Part shown: piece by piece, positions 10,814-19,925 of the stretch
Layout: every line of letters begins with the position of its first letter
Position numbering within the stretch: the first letter of the stretch is position 1
Origin: Vulcanimicrobiota bacterium
GTDB lineage: Bacteria; Vulcanimicrobiota; Vulcanimicrobiia; Vulcanimicrobiales; Vulcanimicrobiaceae
Direction of reading: 5' to 3'
DNA: 64,000 nt
Assembly: GCA_963820825.1 (NCBI GenBank)
Contig: CAWGBN010000009.1
Span: forward strand, 96,001 to 160,000
Program-made: the position numbers and the translations under genes
The notes under the pieces: generated by a model
Told to the model about the DNA's origin: nothing
Databases searched by the model: none
Seen by the model: only the letters and a program-made list of their open reading frames with translations

Positions 10814-11712
10814 AACGCAGAATTGTCGCAGCGGCCGCGCTTGCGCTCGCACTCGTTCCCGTCGCCGGCCTTGCCGGCCGCGGCGGTTTCGCGCGTCCGG
10901 CCGGCGGATTCGATTTTCACGGAGAGTCGGGCGCCTCGCATCCGCCTTCGGGCAGCCATTCGAGCACGGGCCCGTACGGCACGAGCCGCACGACGAACGT
11001 AACGAATACCGGCAACGGCTACAACCGGACGACGACTGCAACGAACGGACAGTATGACCGCACGAGCAGCGGCGGCGCTTCGAACAACGGCAACTACTAC
11101 CACAGCAGCAGCGGATCGAGTCCGTACGGCAGCCACAGCAGCAGCACCAACGGCAACTACAACACCGGTAACTACAGCCATAACGGAAGCGGCAACAATG
11201 CCTACGGCTCCTATAGCACGTCGGGAAGCGGGAACACCTACAACCATACCTACAGCGGATCGGGGACGGCGACGAACGCGTGGGGGCAGACGTACCATTC
11301 CAGCACCTACGCGAACAACGGATACGTCTATCACGGTGCCGTCGTAACGAATCCGGTCTATCACGGAGTCTGGGGATGGAACGGCGGTTACGCCTGGTAT
11401 CCAGCGCCGTATTACTATGGGGGCGGCTTCTGGGGCGCATTTGCTATCGGAGCGACCTCGGCGGCGGTCTGGGGTTCGATCGTCGCGGCGAACAATGTCA
11501 CCTACACCTCATACGAAGTGCAGCAGGAGAGCCCGGGCGCGAAGCTCCTTACCAGCTACCACTTGACGCAAACGCAGTGCGGACCGCCGAACCTCGTGGT
11601 GATCTACGGTCCGAACAATAGCGTGATCTGCGCCTATCCGAACAACGTCGTCTCCGCGGGAAACTATAGCGTCGATTCGCAGACGCTGACGATCGTATCG
11701 GAAAAACCGTAA
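10810..11712 (+). CDS. Secreted G/S/N/T/Y-rich low-complexity protein
   Basis: Signal peptide, repeats such as SSPYGSHSSST and NNAYGSYSTS, W/Y/G-rich segment, C-terminal two-Cys domain. Confidence 0.8.
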   Translation: MKRRIVAAAALALALVPVAGLAGRGGFARPAGGFDFHGESGASHPPSGSHSSTGPYGTSRTTNVTNTGNGYNRTTTATNGQYDRTSSGGASNNGNYYHSSSGSSPYGSHSSSTNGNYNTGNYSHNGSGNNAYGSYSTSGSGNTYNHTYSGSGTATNAWGQTYHSSTYANNGYVYHGAVVTNPVYHGVWGWNGGYAWYPAPYYYGGGFWGAFAIGATSAAVWGSIVAANNVTYTSYEVQQESPGAKLLTSYHLTQTQCGPPNLVVIYGPNNSVICAYPNNVVSAGNYSVDSQTLTIVSEKP

Positions 11713-11722
11713 TCGCGGCGCA

Positions 11723-12235
11723 CTAACGCACCGCCGTCCACGCCTTCTGCGCCGCCGGCGGCAGCTGGTCCATGTGCTTCAAAAAGAGCGCGAGTTGCCA
11801 GATCTGTTCGTCGGTCAGCGTCTTGCCGAACGCGGGCATCCCGGTGAGGCGAATGCCGTGAGCGACCTTCCAGTACGTCACGCCTTCGGGATCGTCTTCG
11901 ACGCCGTCCTTCGCTAACTGCGGCGGTCTCTGATAGAGGCCGCGCGCGATCCGCGAGGGCTCTCCATTGGCTGCGCCATGACAGACCGCACAGTTTGCCG
12001 CATAGACGCGAATGCCCGAGATGAGATTGGCATCGCCGAGCGCTATGGGGTTCGGCTGCGTCGGCGCCTCGCGCGCAAGCGTCGCGTGCAGCGACGTCGC
12101 GGCTGCCCAGCGTTCCAGCCGCGACGGCTTAGCGTCGGCGTTTGCCGGCATCGCGCCGGCCTTGATCCCGATATAGAGCACGAGGGCGGCGGCGACGAGC
12201 GTCGCGACGACTCCGAGGACGAATCCACGCATCAT
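11723..12235 (-). CDS. Membrane-anchored monoheme cytochrome c
   Basis: N-terminal TM, CAVCH heme motif, GIRLTGMPAF. Confidence 0.9.
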   Translation of the reverse strand: MMRGFVLGVVATLVAAALVLYIGIKAGAMPANADAKPSRLERWAAATSLHATLAREAPTQPNPIALGDANLISGIRVYAANCAVCHGAANGEPSRIARGLYQRPPQLAKDGVEDDPEGVTYWKVAHGIRLTGMPAFGKTLTDEQIWQLALFLKHMDQLPPAAQKAWTAVR

Positions 12236-12251
12236 GGCCGCACCGCTTCGA

Positions 12252-12270
12252 CGTTAACCGTCACTTAACC
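12252..12270. promoter_or_regulatory. Putative OmpR/PhoB-type tandem box TTAACC-N5-TTAACC
   Basis: Direct repeat with 11-bp period (12254, 12265) between the divergent cytochrome c gene and an exporter operon encoding an OmpR-family regulator. Confidence 0.55.
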
Positions 12271-12326
12271 GGCGAGGCCGCGACTCTCCACTGGTTGTCA
12301 GGCGCGGCGGCTATCCTGAGTGCGTC

Positions 12327-13841
12327 ATGTCAACGATCAGCATTCCCGCTTCGCGCGGACTCGGCGGCACCGCCGGAGCGATCTTCACCAAGCTTCCGCG
12401 CGGTCTCTGGATCGTCATCGCATTTTTGCTCGCGGGCGCCGTCTTAGCCTGGGTCTTGCTTCGCTCGCATGCGAGCGATGCGTCGATCACGGCTCCGGTT
12501 ACGCAGACCGATCTCGTCGCTTCCGTGACCGCTTCAGGAACGGTCAATCCGCAGAATCTCATCTCGGTCGGCACGCAAGCCTCGGGAACGATTGCTTCGA
12601 TCGACGTCGATTACAACAGCCGGGTGAAGCGCGGACAGGTCCTGGCGCGTCTCGATCCGAGCATGTTTCAGGCTCAGCTCGCGCAAGCCGAGGCGGCGCT
12701 CGCGCAGGCGCAGGCGCAAGTCTCGCAAGCAGCAGCCGGCGCAACCGGCGCGTCGTCCGGCGTCGACGTAGCCGGCGCGACGGCGGCAGCTGAGTTGGCC
12801 GCAATCGGCTCGGCGAAAGCCAACGTGTCCAAGACGCAAGCGGCGCTTGGGCTCGCGCAGAAGACCGCGTCGCGCGACGCCGCGCTGCTCGCGCAAGGAT
12901 ACGTCGCGCAGAGCACGGTCGACACCGATCGCGCCAACGTCGCGCAAGACGAGAGCGACGTCGCCTCAGCGCAGGCTGCCGTCGCGCAGGCGCAGGCGCA
13001 AGATATTGCCGGCAACGCCACGGTTAGTCAGAATGCATCGACCGCGCAGAGCCAGGCAGCCGCTACGCAAGCGGCGCAGGCCAACGTCGCCGCCGCGCAG
13101 GCCGTCGTGCGACAAGACGAGCTCAACCTGCAACATACCGTGATTACTTCGCCGGTCGACGGCACCGTCGTCGCGCGCGACGTTTCCGTCGGCCAAACCG
13201 TGGCGGCCTCGCTGCAGACGCCGACCCTCTTCTCGATCGCGCAGAACCTCGGCAAGATGGAAGTCGACATCAACGTCGGCGAGCCGGACATCGGTAACGT
13301 CAAGCCGGGCAACGGGGTCGCGTTCTCCGTACTCGCCTATCCCAACACGCTCTTCCACGGAACGGTCTCGCAGGTACGCATCAACCCGCAGACGCTCAAC
13401 AACGTCGTCACCTACGACGTGGTCGTCTACGCCGAGAACACCGGTGGAAGGCTCTTACCCGGTATGACCGCCAACGCGACGATCGACGTTGCCGCGGCGA
13501 AGAACGCGCTGACCGTACCGCTCGCCGCGCTGCACACCAAAACCGCCGCGACGACGCCGTGGGGCAGCGTGAGCGGATCGGCCGCAAGCGGTGCGATAGC
13601 GGCCGGATCGACGGCGCGGCTCGTCGTCGATCGCAATGGAAAGCCGGCTCCGATCGACGTCTACGTTCGACTCACCAACGGCACGCAGGCCGCGGTCGAA
13701 CCGGTTAACGGCGCCGCGCTCGCCGCCGGCGACCGCGTGGTGGTCGGCACCAATCAGACGCACCGCAACGGCGGCGCGCAAGGCGCGCGCTCGCCGATCG
13801 GCGGCAGCCCGATGGGCGCGATGCGAGGACTGCACTCATGA
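12327..13841 (+). CDS. Periplasmic adaptor (MacA/HlyD-like membrane fusion protein)
   Basis: TM anchor, VGTQASG, VKRGQVLA, long Ala/Gln hairpin, SPVDGTVV, LLPGMTA. Confidence 0.92.
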   Translation: MSTISIPASRGLGGTAGAIFTKLPRGLWIVIAFLLAGAVLAWVLLRSHASDASITAPVTQTDLVASVTASGTVNPQNLISVGTQASGTIASIDVDYNSRVKRGQVLARLDPSMFQAQLAQAEAALAQAQAQVSQAAAGATGASSGVDVAGATAAAELAAIGSAKANVSKTQAALGLAQKTASRDAALLAQGYVAQSTVDTDRANVAQDESDVASAQAAVAQAQAQDIAGNATVSQNASTAQSQAAATQAAQANVAAAQAVVRQDELNLQHTVITSPVDGTVVARDVSVGQTVAASLQTPTLFSIAQNLGKMEVDINVGEPDIGNVKPGNGVAFSVLAYPNTLFHGTVSQVRINPQTLNNVVTYDVVVYAENTGGRLLPGMTANATIDVAAAKNALTVPLAALHTKTAATTPWGSVSGSAASGAIAAGSTARLVVDRNGKPAPIDVYVRLTNGTQAAVEPVNGAALAAGDRVVVGTNQTHRNGGAQGARSPIGGSPMGAMRGLHS

Positions 13842-14539
13842 CGCCGGTCGTTGCGGTTACCGGCCTGCGCAAGGAGTACGCGATGGGCAACGACCACGTC
13901 TACGCCCTGCGCGGCGTCGACCTGACCGTCGAGCCGGGCGAGTTCGTCGCGGTAATGGGACCGTCGGGTTCGGGGAAATCAACCTTCATGCACGTGGTCG
14001 GACTTCTCGACGCGCCGTCGGAGGGAACGTACCGCTTCGAGGGCGCCGAGGTCTCGCATCTGAGCTCGGACGAGCGCGCGGAAATCCGCGGGCGGCGGCT
14101 GGGATTCGTCTTCCAGGCGTACAACCTGCTCGCGCGCACCAGCGCGCTGGAGAACGTCGAGCTGCCGATGGTCTACGCCGGCGTCCCTGAAGAAGAGCGC
14201 CGCCGCATCGCGCTGGCGAAGCTCGAGCTGGTCGGCATCGCGCAACTCGCGCAGCATCATCCCAATCAAATGTCGGGCGGTCAGCAGCAGCGCGTGGCGA
14301 TCGCCCGCTCGCTGGTCAACGACCCGGGGCTCATTCTCGCCGACGAGCCGACCGGTGCGCTCGATACCAAGAGCTCGGAAGATATCATGCGCCTCTTTAC
14401 GCGTTTGAACGAGGAGCAGGGAATCACGATCATGCTCGTCACCCACGAACCCGACGTCGCAGCCTATGCGCGGCGCGTCGTAACGTTTCGCGACGGGCTC
14501 ATCACCGGCGACGCGCGCAACGAACGGCGGGCCGCATGA
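13838..14539 (+). CDS. ABC transporter ATP-binding protein (MacB/LolD type)
   Basis: GPSGSGKST, MSGGQQQRV, LADEPTGALD, VTHE. Confidence 0.95.
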   Translation: MTPVVAVTGLRKEYAMGNDHVYALRGVDLTVEPGEFVAVMGPSGSGKSTFMHVVGLLDAPSEGTYRFEGAEVSHLSSDERAEIRGRRLGFVFQAYNLLARTSALENVELPMVYAGVPEEERRRIALAKLELVGIAQLAQHHPNQMSGGQQQRVAIARSLVNDPGLILADEPTGALDTKSSEDIMRLFTRLNEEQGITIMLVTHEPDVAAYARRVVTFRDGLITGDARNERRAA

Positions 14540-15753
14540 CCCTCAGAGCAACGCTTCTCCTCGCACTGGCCGCCCTGATCCGCAACAAAGCGCGCTCGCT
14601 GCTGACGATGCTCGGCATCGTGATCGGCGTCGCGGCGGTGATCGTTACGGTTGCGATCGGCATCGGCGCACGTACGTCGGTCGCGCAGAGCATCAACAGC
14701 CTGGGCTCCAACCTCATCGTCGTGCAGCCCGGGAGCGTGACGCAGACCGGCGCGCGCTCGGGCTTCGGCGGTGCCTCGACCCTCACGCCTGCCGATGGAT
14801 TAGCGATCGCCAAACTCCCCGGCGTCGCGGCGGTCTCACCGACGGTCTCGGTGCGCACGCAAGTCGTCGCCGGCGAGAACAACTGGCAGACGATCGTCAA
14901 CGGCGTCGCGCCGACCTATACGTTCATCCGCTCGTGGCCGATGGAGAGCGGACGCTTCTTCAACGAAAACGAGGTCGCGTCGGCAGCCAAGGTCGCCGTA
15001 CTCGGGCAGACCGTTGTCAGCGAGCTCTTTCCGAACGGCGACTCACCGGTCGGGCAGACGGTCATCATCAAAGGCGCGCCGTTTACCGTCGTTGGAACGC
15101 TCGCGGCGCTCGGTCAGAGCGGTCTCGGTCAGGACCAGGACGATACGGTGCTGATTCCCTATACTTCGGCCATGGAACGGCTCACCGGATTGACGACCGT
15201 GAACACGCTAATGATCTCGGCGGCAAACGCGGACGAGATCGATGCGGTGACCCAGAGCGCGACGGAGTTGCTCGAGCAGCGCCATCGGATCGTTCCGCCG
15301 CGGACCGACGACTTTCAAGTGCGAAACTTGCAGGCGATCGCGCAGACCGCTTCGCAGACCGGAACCGTCATGGAGCTGTTGCTCGCCGGCGTGGCGGCGG
15401 TCTCGCTGATCGTCGGCGGAATCGGAATCATGAATATCATGCTCGTCTCGGTCACCGAGCGCACGCGCGAAATCGGGCTGCGCATGTCGGTCGGGGCGCG
15501 AGCGGCCTCGATTCTGCGCCAGTTTCTCGCCGAATCGGTCGTACTCTCGACGATCGGCGGACTCATCGGCGTCGTTTGCGGCGGTATCGGAACGATCGCC
15601 GTCGCACTGCTGACGCACTGGCCGACCGCGATCCCGCCGCAATGGATCCTTGCCTCGGTCGCCTTCTCGGCGATGGTCGGGATCTTCTTCGGCTACTATC
15701 CCGCGCGTCAAGCCGCGCAGCTCAATCCGATCGAGGCGCTGCGGTTCGAGTGA
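14536..15753 (+). CDS. ABC transporter permease (MacB/FtsX type)
   Basis: RSLLTMLGIVIGV, GGIGIMNIMLVSVTERTREIG, NPIEALRFE. Confidence 0.95.
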   Translation: MTLRATLLLALAALIRNKARSLLTMLGIVIGVAAVIVTVAIGIGARTSVAQSINSLGSNLIVVQPGSVTQTGARSGFGGASTLTPADGLAIAKLPGVAAVSPTVSVRTQVVAGENNWQTIVNGVAPTYTFIRSWPMESGRFFNENEVASAAKVAVLGQTVVSELFPNGDSPVGQTVIIKGAPFTVVGTLAALGQSGLGQDQDDTVLIPYTSAMERLTGLTTVNTLMISAANADEIDAVTQSATELLEQRHRIVPPRTDDFQVRNLQAIAQTASQTGTVMELLLAGVAAVSLIVGGIGIMNIMLVSVTERTREIGLRMSVGARAASILRQFLAESVVLSTIGGLIGVVCGGIGTIAVALLTHWPTAIPPQWILASVAFSAMVGIFFGYYPARQAAQLNPIEALRFE

Positions 15754-16418
15754 ACGCTCGCATCGCCGTCATCGATGACGAACCGCACATTCGCGATCTG
15801 CTCTCGCTCGCGCTCGGACACGCCGGCTACGCGGTACGCGGCGCCGCCGACGGGAGCGCGGGATTGACGCTCGTGCGGGAATGGTCTCCCGATCTCATCG
15901 TTCTCGACGTGATGATGCCCCGGGTCAGCGGGATCGAGCTCTTGCCGGCGATCCGGCGGATCACCGATGCGCCGGTCGTGATGCTGAGCGCGCGCGGCGA
16001 AGTCGAGAGCAAGGTCGAGGGACTCGCGCACGGCGCCGACGATTACCTCAGCAAACCGTTCGAAATCGCCGAGCTGCTCGCCCGGATCGACGCCAAACTG
16101 CGCCGGCCGCACATCGAGGGGCGGTCGACGCTCGAGTACGAGGGCCTCACCATCGATCTCGACGAGCACGTGGTCGAACGCGACGGCCGGCGTCTCGATC
16201 TCTCGCCGCTCGAATACGACCTCCTCGTGACGCTCTTACGCCGCCCCCGCCGCGTCTTTACGCGCGAGGAGTTGCTCGACGAAGTCTGGGGCGACGCGGA
16301 CGTCGGTACCGGCGCCGTCGAGCGCTACGTCTCGTATCTGCGCGGAAAGGTGGACGAGGGTTTCGCGCGCCCGCTGATTCAAACGATTCGCGGCGCGGGA
16401 TATACGCTGCGTGCCTGA
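15750..16418 (+). CDS. OmpR/PhoB-family response regulator
   Basis: VIDDEP, LDVMMP, GADDYLSKPF, IQTIRGAGY; GTG start overlaps the permease stop. Confidence 0.95.
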   Translation: MNARIAVIDDEPHIRDLLSLALGHAGYAVRGAADGSAGLTLVREWSPDLIVLDVMMPRVSGIELLPAIRRITDAPVVMLSARGEVESKVEGLAHGADDYLSKPFEIAELLARIDAKLRRPHIEGRSTLEYEGLTIDLDEHVVERDGRRLDLSPLEYDLLVTLLRRPRRVFTREELLDEVWGDADVGTGAVERYVSYLRGKVDEGFARPLIQTIRGAGYTLRA

Positions 16419-17757
16419 AGCCTTCGCCCCGTTCGCGAGCCGGCTCACGCGCGGGTACGTGCTGCTCGCCGTCGCGCTCGTCGCACTCGTCGTCATCGCC
16501 ACGAGCGTCCTCGCCTTTCTGCTCTACGTCGGTACGCTTAACGATGCGGTGGCAAACGAAGCGCATCGCATCACCGAACGCGCGGCCGCATACCAAGCGC
16601 TTCATCAGCCGCTGAGCGAGTACGCTCCGGCGCTTGCCGGCGAAGCCGGCGGCGCGCGCGTCGGCGTCCGCATCTACGACGACGACCGCCGGCTGCTCGC
16701 GCAGAGCGGCAGCCAAAATAGCGGTGCCGCCCGATGGACGCGCGGCGCGGCGGCGATTCTCGGCCTTCGTCCCGCGCTCGTGCGCGTCGCCGGCGGTACG
16801 ATCGTCGTCGCCCCCGATCTCGCCGGTTTCGCGCGCTTGCTCGAGCGCTATCTGATCTTCGTGACGCCGATCGGCGTGCTCGCCGTCCTGGCGGCGTGGC
16901 TGGTCGGGCGTGCGGTGACGCGCCGCGCCATCGCGCCGCTGCAAGAGGTTACGTCGGCACTGCATCGCATCGCATCGGGCGATTTTACGCCGGCACCGTT
17001 GCCGCCGGGCGAGCGCAGTCTGCGCGAACTCACTGCTGCGTATAACGAAGTCGCGCGCCGGCTCACCGCGGTGACGCTCGAACGCGATCGCAACGAGCTG
17101 CAGATGCGCCAGTTCATCGCCGATGCGGGGCACGAGCTGCGAACGCCGCTGACCATCGTCATGGGCTATCTGGAGATCCTGCAGCAAGGCGTCGTCGGCG
17201 ACGCGGCCGGCGTCGGACACGTCTACGAAACCATGCTCACCGAGAGCCGGCGCATGCGCGCGGCGATCGAGAAGCTCATCCTGCTGGCGCGTCTCGAGCG
17301 TCCTGCGCCCTCGCGCACCGAGCGCTTCGACGCTGCAGCGCTGGTTATGCGGGCGGCCGACGCTCTGGTGCCGCTCGCCGGCGCGGGGCGAATAACCGTG
17401 ACCGCGAACGGCGCACCGTGCAGCATCGACGCCGACGAAGCCGAGCTCTTCGAAGCGGTCAAGAACGTGCTCGAAAATGCGGTGCGTTACGCTCCCGGCT
17501 CGCCGATCGTCGTCGACGTTTCGTGCGACGGCGAGCGCGCGACGATCGCGGTGAGCGATCGTGGCCCCGGAATGGAGGCGCAAGACGTCGAGCACGCCTT
17601 CGATCGCTTCTATCGCGGCGGCGCGCGCAGCGGTGAGGGTTCGGGGCTCGGTCTCGCGATCGCCAAACGTGCGGTCGAGCGCGCCGGCGGCGCGATCGCG
17701 CTCGAGAGCCGCCCGGAAGTCGGAACCTGGGTAACCATTACGCTCCCCCGCGGGTAG
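16411..17757 (+). CDS. HAMP-domain sensor histidine kinase
   Basis: Two TM segments, DAGHELRTPL H-box, ENAVRY, DRGPG, GSGLGLAI. Confidence 0.95.
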   Translation: MPEAFAPFASRLTRGYVLLAVALVALVVIATSVLAFLLYVGTLNDAVANEAHRITERAAAYQALHQPLSEYAPALAGEAGGARVGVRIYDDDRRLLAQSGSQNSGAARWTRGAAAILGLRPALVRVAGGTIVVAPDLAGFARLLERYLIFVTPIGVLAVLAAWLVGRAVTRRAIAPLQEVTSALHRIASGDFTPAPLPPGERSLRELTAAYNEVARRLTAVTLERDRNELQMRQFIADAGHELRTPLTIVMGYLEILQQGVVGDAAGVGHVYETMLTESRRMRAAIEKLILLARLERPAPSRTERFDAAALVMRAADALVPLAGAGRITVTANGAPCSIDADEAELFEAVKNVLENAVRYAPGSPIVVDVSCDGERATIAVSDRGPGMEAQDVEHAFDRFYRGGARSGEGSGLGLAIAKRAVERAGGAIALESRPEVGTWVTITLPRG

Positions 17758-17765
17758 AGCCGAGT

Positions 17766-18233
17766 ATGAGCGTCAAAGTCTATGGGATCAACCACATTGC
17801 GATCGACGTCGACGACGTCGCGAAAGCCGTCGCCTTCTATCAAGACGTCTTCAATTTGGAGAAGCTCGACGAGGGCGAGGGCGACGCGTTCTTCAGGGTC
17901 GGCGAGCATCAGTTTCTCGCGATGTTCGAATCGCCGCGCGGCCCGGCGAACCGCACGCGCCACTTCGGCCTGATCGTGCGCGACGACGCGCAGCTCGCCG
18001 AAGTTCGAGAGAAGCTCACCGGAAAGTACGGAATAAAGTTGATTCCGCCGTTTCGCTGCGACTTCATCGATCCGTTCGGAAATCGCGTGCAGGTGGTCGA
18101 CCTGCACGACGAATCGTTGGTCTGGCTACTCCCCTACCGAGAGGTTCAGGACGTGTTCGGGCCGGAAGCCAAGGCCGACCAGCCGTCCGGGAATGCGCGG
18201 GAGAAAGGGGAGCCAGCGCAGCAACGCCGGTAA
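17766..18233 (+). CDS. VOC (glyoxalase-like) family protein
   Basis: GINHIAIDV, HFGL, FIDPFGNRVQV. Confidence 0.85.
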   Translation: MSVKVYGINHIAIDVDDVAKAVAFYQDVFNLEKLDEGEGDAFFRVGEHQFLAMFESPRGPANRTRHFGLIVRDDAQLAEVREKLTGKYGIKLIPPFRCDFIDPFGNRVQVVDLHDESLVWLLPYREVQDVFGPEAKADQPSGNAREKGEPAQQRR

Positions 18234-19346
18234 GCGATGTAAGAGCGGCGCCCGTCCTGCTGTGAGTACGCGCCCGATGATTCGCCGCTGAATGAAGAGC
18301 TGCAGCCCTTGCGTTAGACGCGCCGCCGGCTCGCGCCGGCGCTGAACCGCGGCGAGGTCGCTCGCGGCGACGCCGCCGCGCAAGAGTTTCGGCGCGAGCA
18401 TATTTGCGCTCGCGACCGCATCCTGAATCGCGAGGTTGATGCCGACGCCGCCGATCGGTGACATGGCATGCGCCGCGTCGCCGATGCAGAGCAATCCCGA
18501 ACGATACCATTGCCGCAGACGATTCACGCGCACCGTCAACAGCTTGACGTCGTCCCAGCTTTGCAGCTCGCCGGCGCGATCGGCGAGAAACGGCACGATC
18601 GCCGCGACCTGCTCGCGAAAATCCGGCAATCCGCGCGCTTGAACCTCTGCGAAGGTGCCCTTGAGAATTACGTACGCGCACTGCCAGTAGAGACCGCGAT
18701 CGATCAGCGCCATAATGCGTCCGTCGCGAATGTATCCGAACGTTTCGTGCGGGTCGTCGGGGCGTTTCGTGATCCGAAGCCAGAGCACGTCCATAGGTGC
18801 ACCGAGCTCGATGACGTCGAGGCCGGCCCGCCGGCGCACAACCGACTCGCGCCCGTCGGCGGCGATCGTAAGATCGGCGCGAACGTCGAGCGGCCCCTGC
18901 GGCGTCTGCGCGCGAACGCCGGCGATACGCCCGTTCTCCCAGAGCAGATCTTCCGCGCGCGCCTGCATGCGAAGATCGAACGCCGGCGAGCGCTTCGCCT
19001 CCTCGGCCAAGAAGTTGAGGAAATCCCATTGCGGCATAAAAGCGACGAACTTGCAGCGGGTCGGCAGATGGGTAAAGTCGGCGACGGTGATCAGGGTATC
19101 GCCGAGGTTACCGGCAAGCGTCGTAACCTCTTGGTGCGGACGCTGAAGAAACGACTCGAGCACACCGAGCTCGTCCATGACGTCGAGCGTCGACGGATGG
19201 ATCGTATCGCCGCGAAAATCGCGTAAGAAGTCGGCGTGCTTTTCGAGGAGAACCGTCGCAACGCCGGCGCGCGCGAAGAGCAGCGCCGCCATCATTCCCG
19301 CCGGGCCGCCGCCGACGATGCAGCAACCCGCGCGTATCTCGCTCAT
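18126..19346 (-). CDS. FAD-dependent monooxygenase/oxidoreductase
   Basis: IVGGGPAG, DFLRDFRGDT, ADGRES, IGDAAHAMSPIGGVGINLAIQDA. Confidence 0.92.
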   Translation of the reverse strand: MSEIRAGCCIVGGGPAGMMAALLFARAGVATVLLEKHADFLRDFRGDTIHPSTLDVMDELGVLESFLQRPHQEVTTLAGNLGDTLITVADFTHLPTRCKFVAFMPQWDFLNFLAEEAKRSPAFDLRMQARAEDLLWENGRIAGVRAQTPQGPLDVRADLTIAADGRESVVRRRAGLDVIELGAPMDVLWLRITKRPDDPHETFGYIRDGRIMALIDRGLYWQCAYVILKGTFAEVQARGLPDFREQVAAIVPFLADRAGELQSWDDVKLLTVRVNRLRQWYRSGLLCIGDAAHAMSPIGGVGINLAIQDAVASANMLAPKLLRGGVAASDLAAVQRRREPAARLTQGLQLFIQRRIIGRVLTAGRAPLLHRLPALLRWLPFLPRIPGRLVGLGFRPEHVLNLSVGE

Positions 19347-19852
19347 CGGAGGCTGCGCGTGTAAAAGTGATAGCGCGCGAACTCGGCTTCGCGCTTATTG
19401 ACCAGCGCCTCGCATGCCGCGCCGATCTCGTCGAGGAAGTTTACGAGCGAGCGTTCCGCGATGCCGGGCGTGAACGTCGCACCGACGAGTTTGCCGAAGA
19501 GCTGCATCGGCAACTCGTACGTGCCTTCGAGATAGAGCTTCGACTCGCCGAGGGTGCCGGGATCGGCGACGCCGACGCGCCCTTTGAAGCCGGGGAAGGC
19601 AGCCGGCAAGTTCGTCGAGGTGAAGGCGATGTCAAAGAGCCGGGCGTCGTTGGGATCTCTTTCGGCGGTGAGACTGATCGGCACCGCAACGTAACCGACG
19701 TCGGGAAGATGCAGATCGCCGAAGCTCACGTGCAATGCGAAGCCGCTCCACGGTCCCTCCTGGGCCGCGATCGCTTTCAAGACGTCGCCGAGCGCCTGAG
19801 CCGCGGAATCGGCGGGGACACCCAACTTGCGCTCGAGCCGTATCTTCGGCAC
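19343..19852 (-). CDS. Hypothetical protein (possibly SRPBCC/START-like)
   Basis: High GC3 from GTG 19852 and 4-bp overlap with the downstream oxidoreductase; the fold is a guess. Confidence 0.65.
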   Translation of the reverse strand: MPKIRLERKLGVPADSAAQALGDVLKAIAAQEGPWSGFALHVSFGDLHLPDVGYVAVPISLTAERDPNDARLFDIAFTSTNLPAAFPGFKGRVGVADPGTLGESKLYLEGTYELPMQLFGKLVGATFTPGIAERSLVNFLDEIGAACEALVNKREAEFARYHFYTRSLR

Positions 19853-19925
19853 GTCAAACCTCCTGTACGCTTCATTTGGGGCCGGGAAGCCGGATGTCCC
19901 GCCGGAAACCACCGCCCATACGCAA

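Noticed and set aside
14934..15749. Long N-terminal extension on the response regulator
   Set aside because: It is an off-frame overlap with the permease; the receiver domain starts at GTG 15750.
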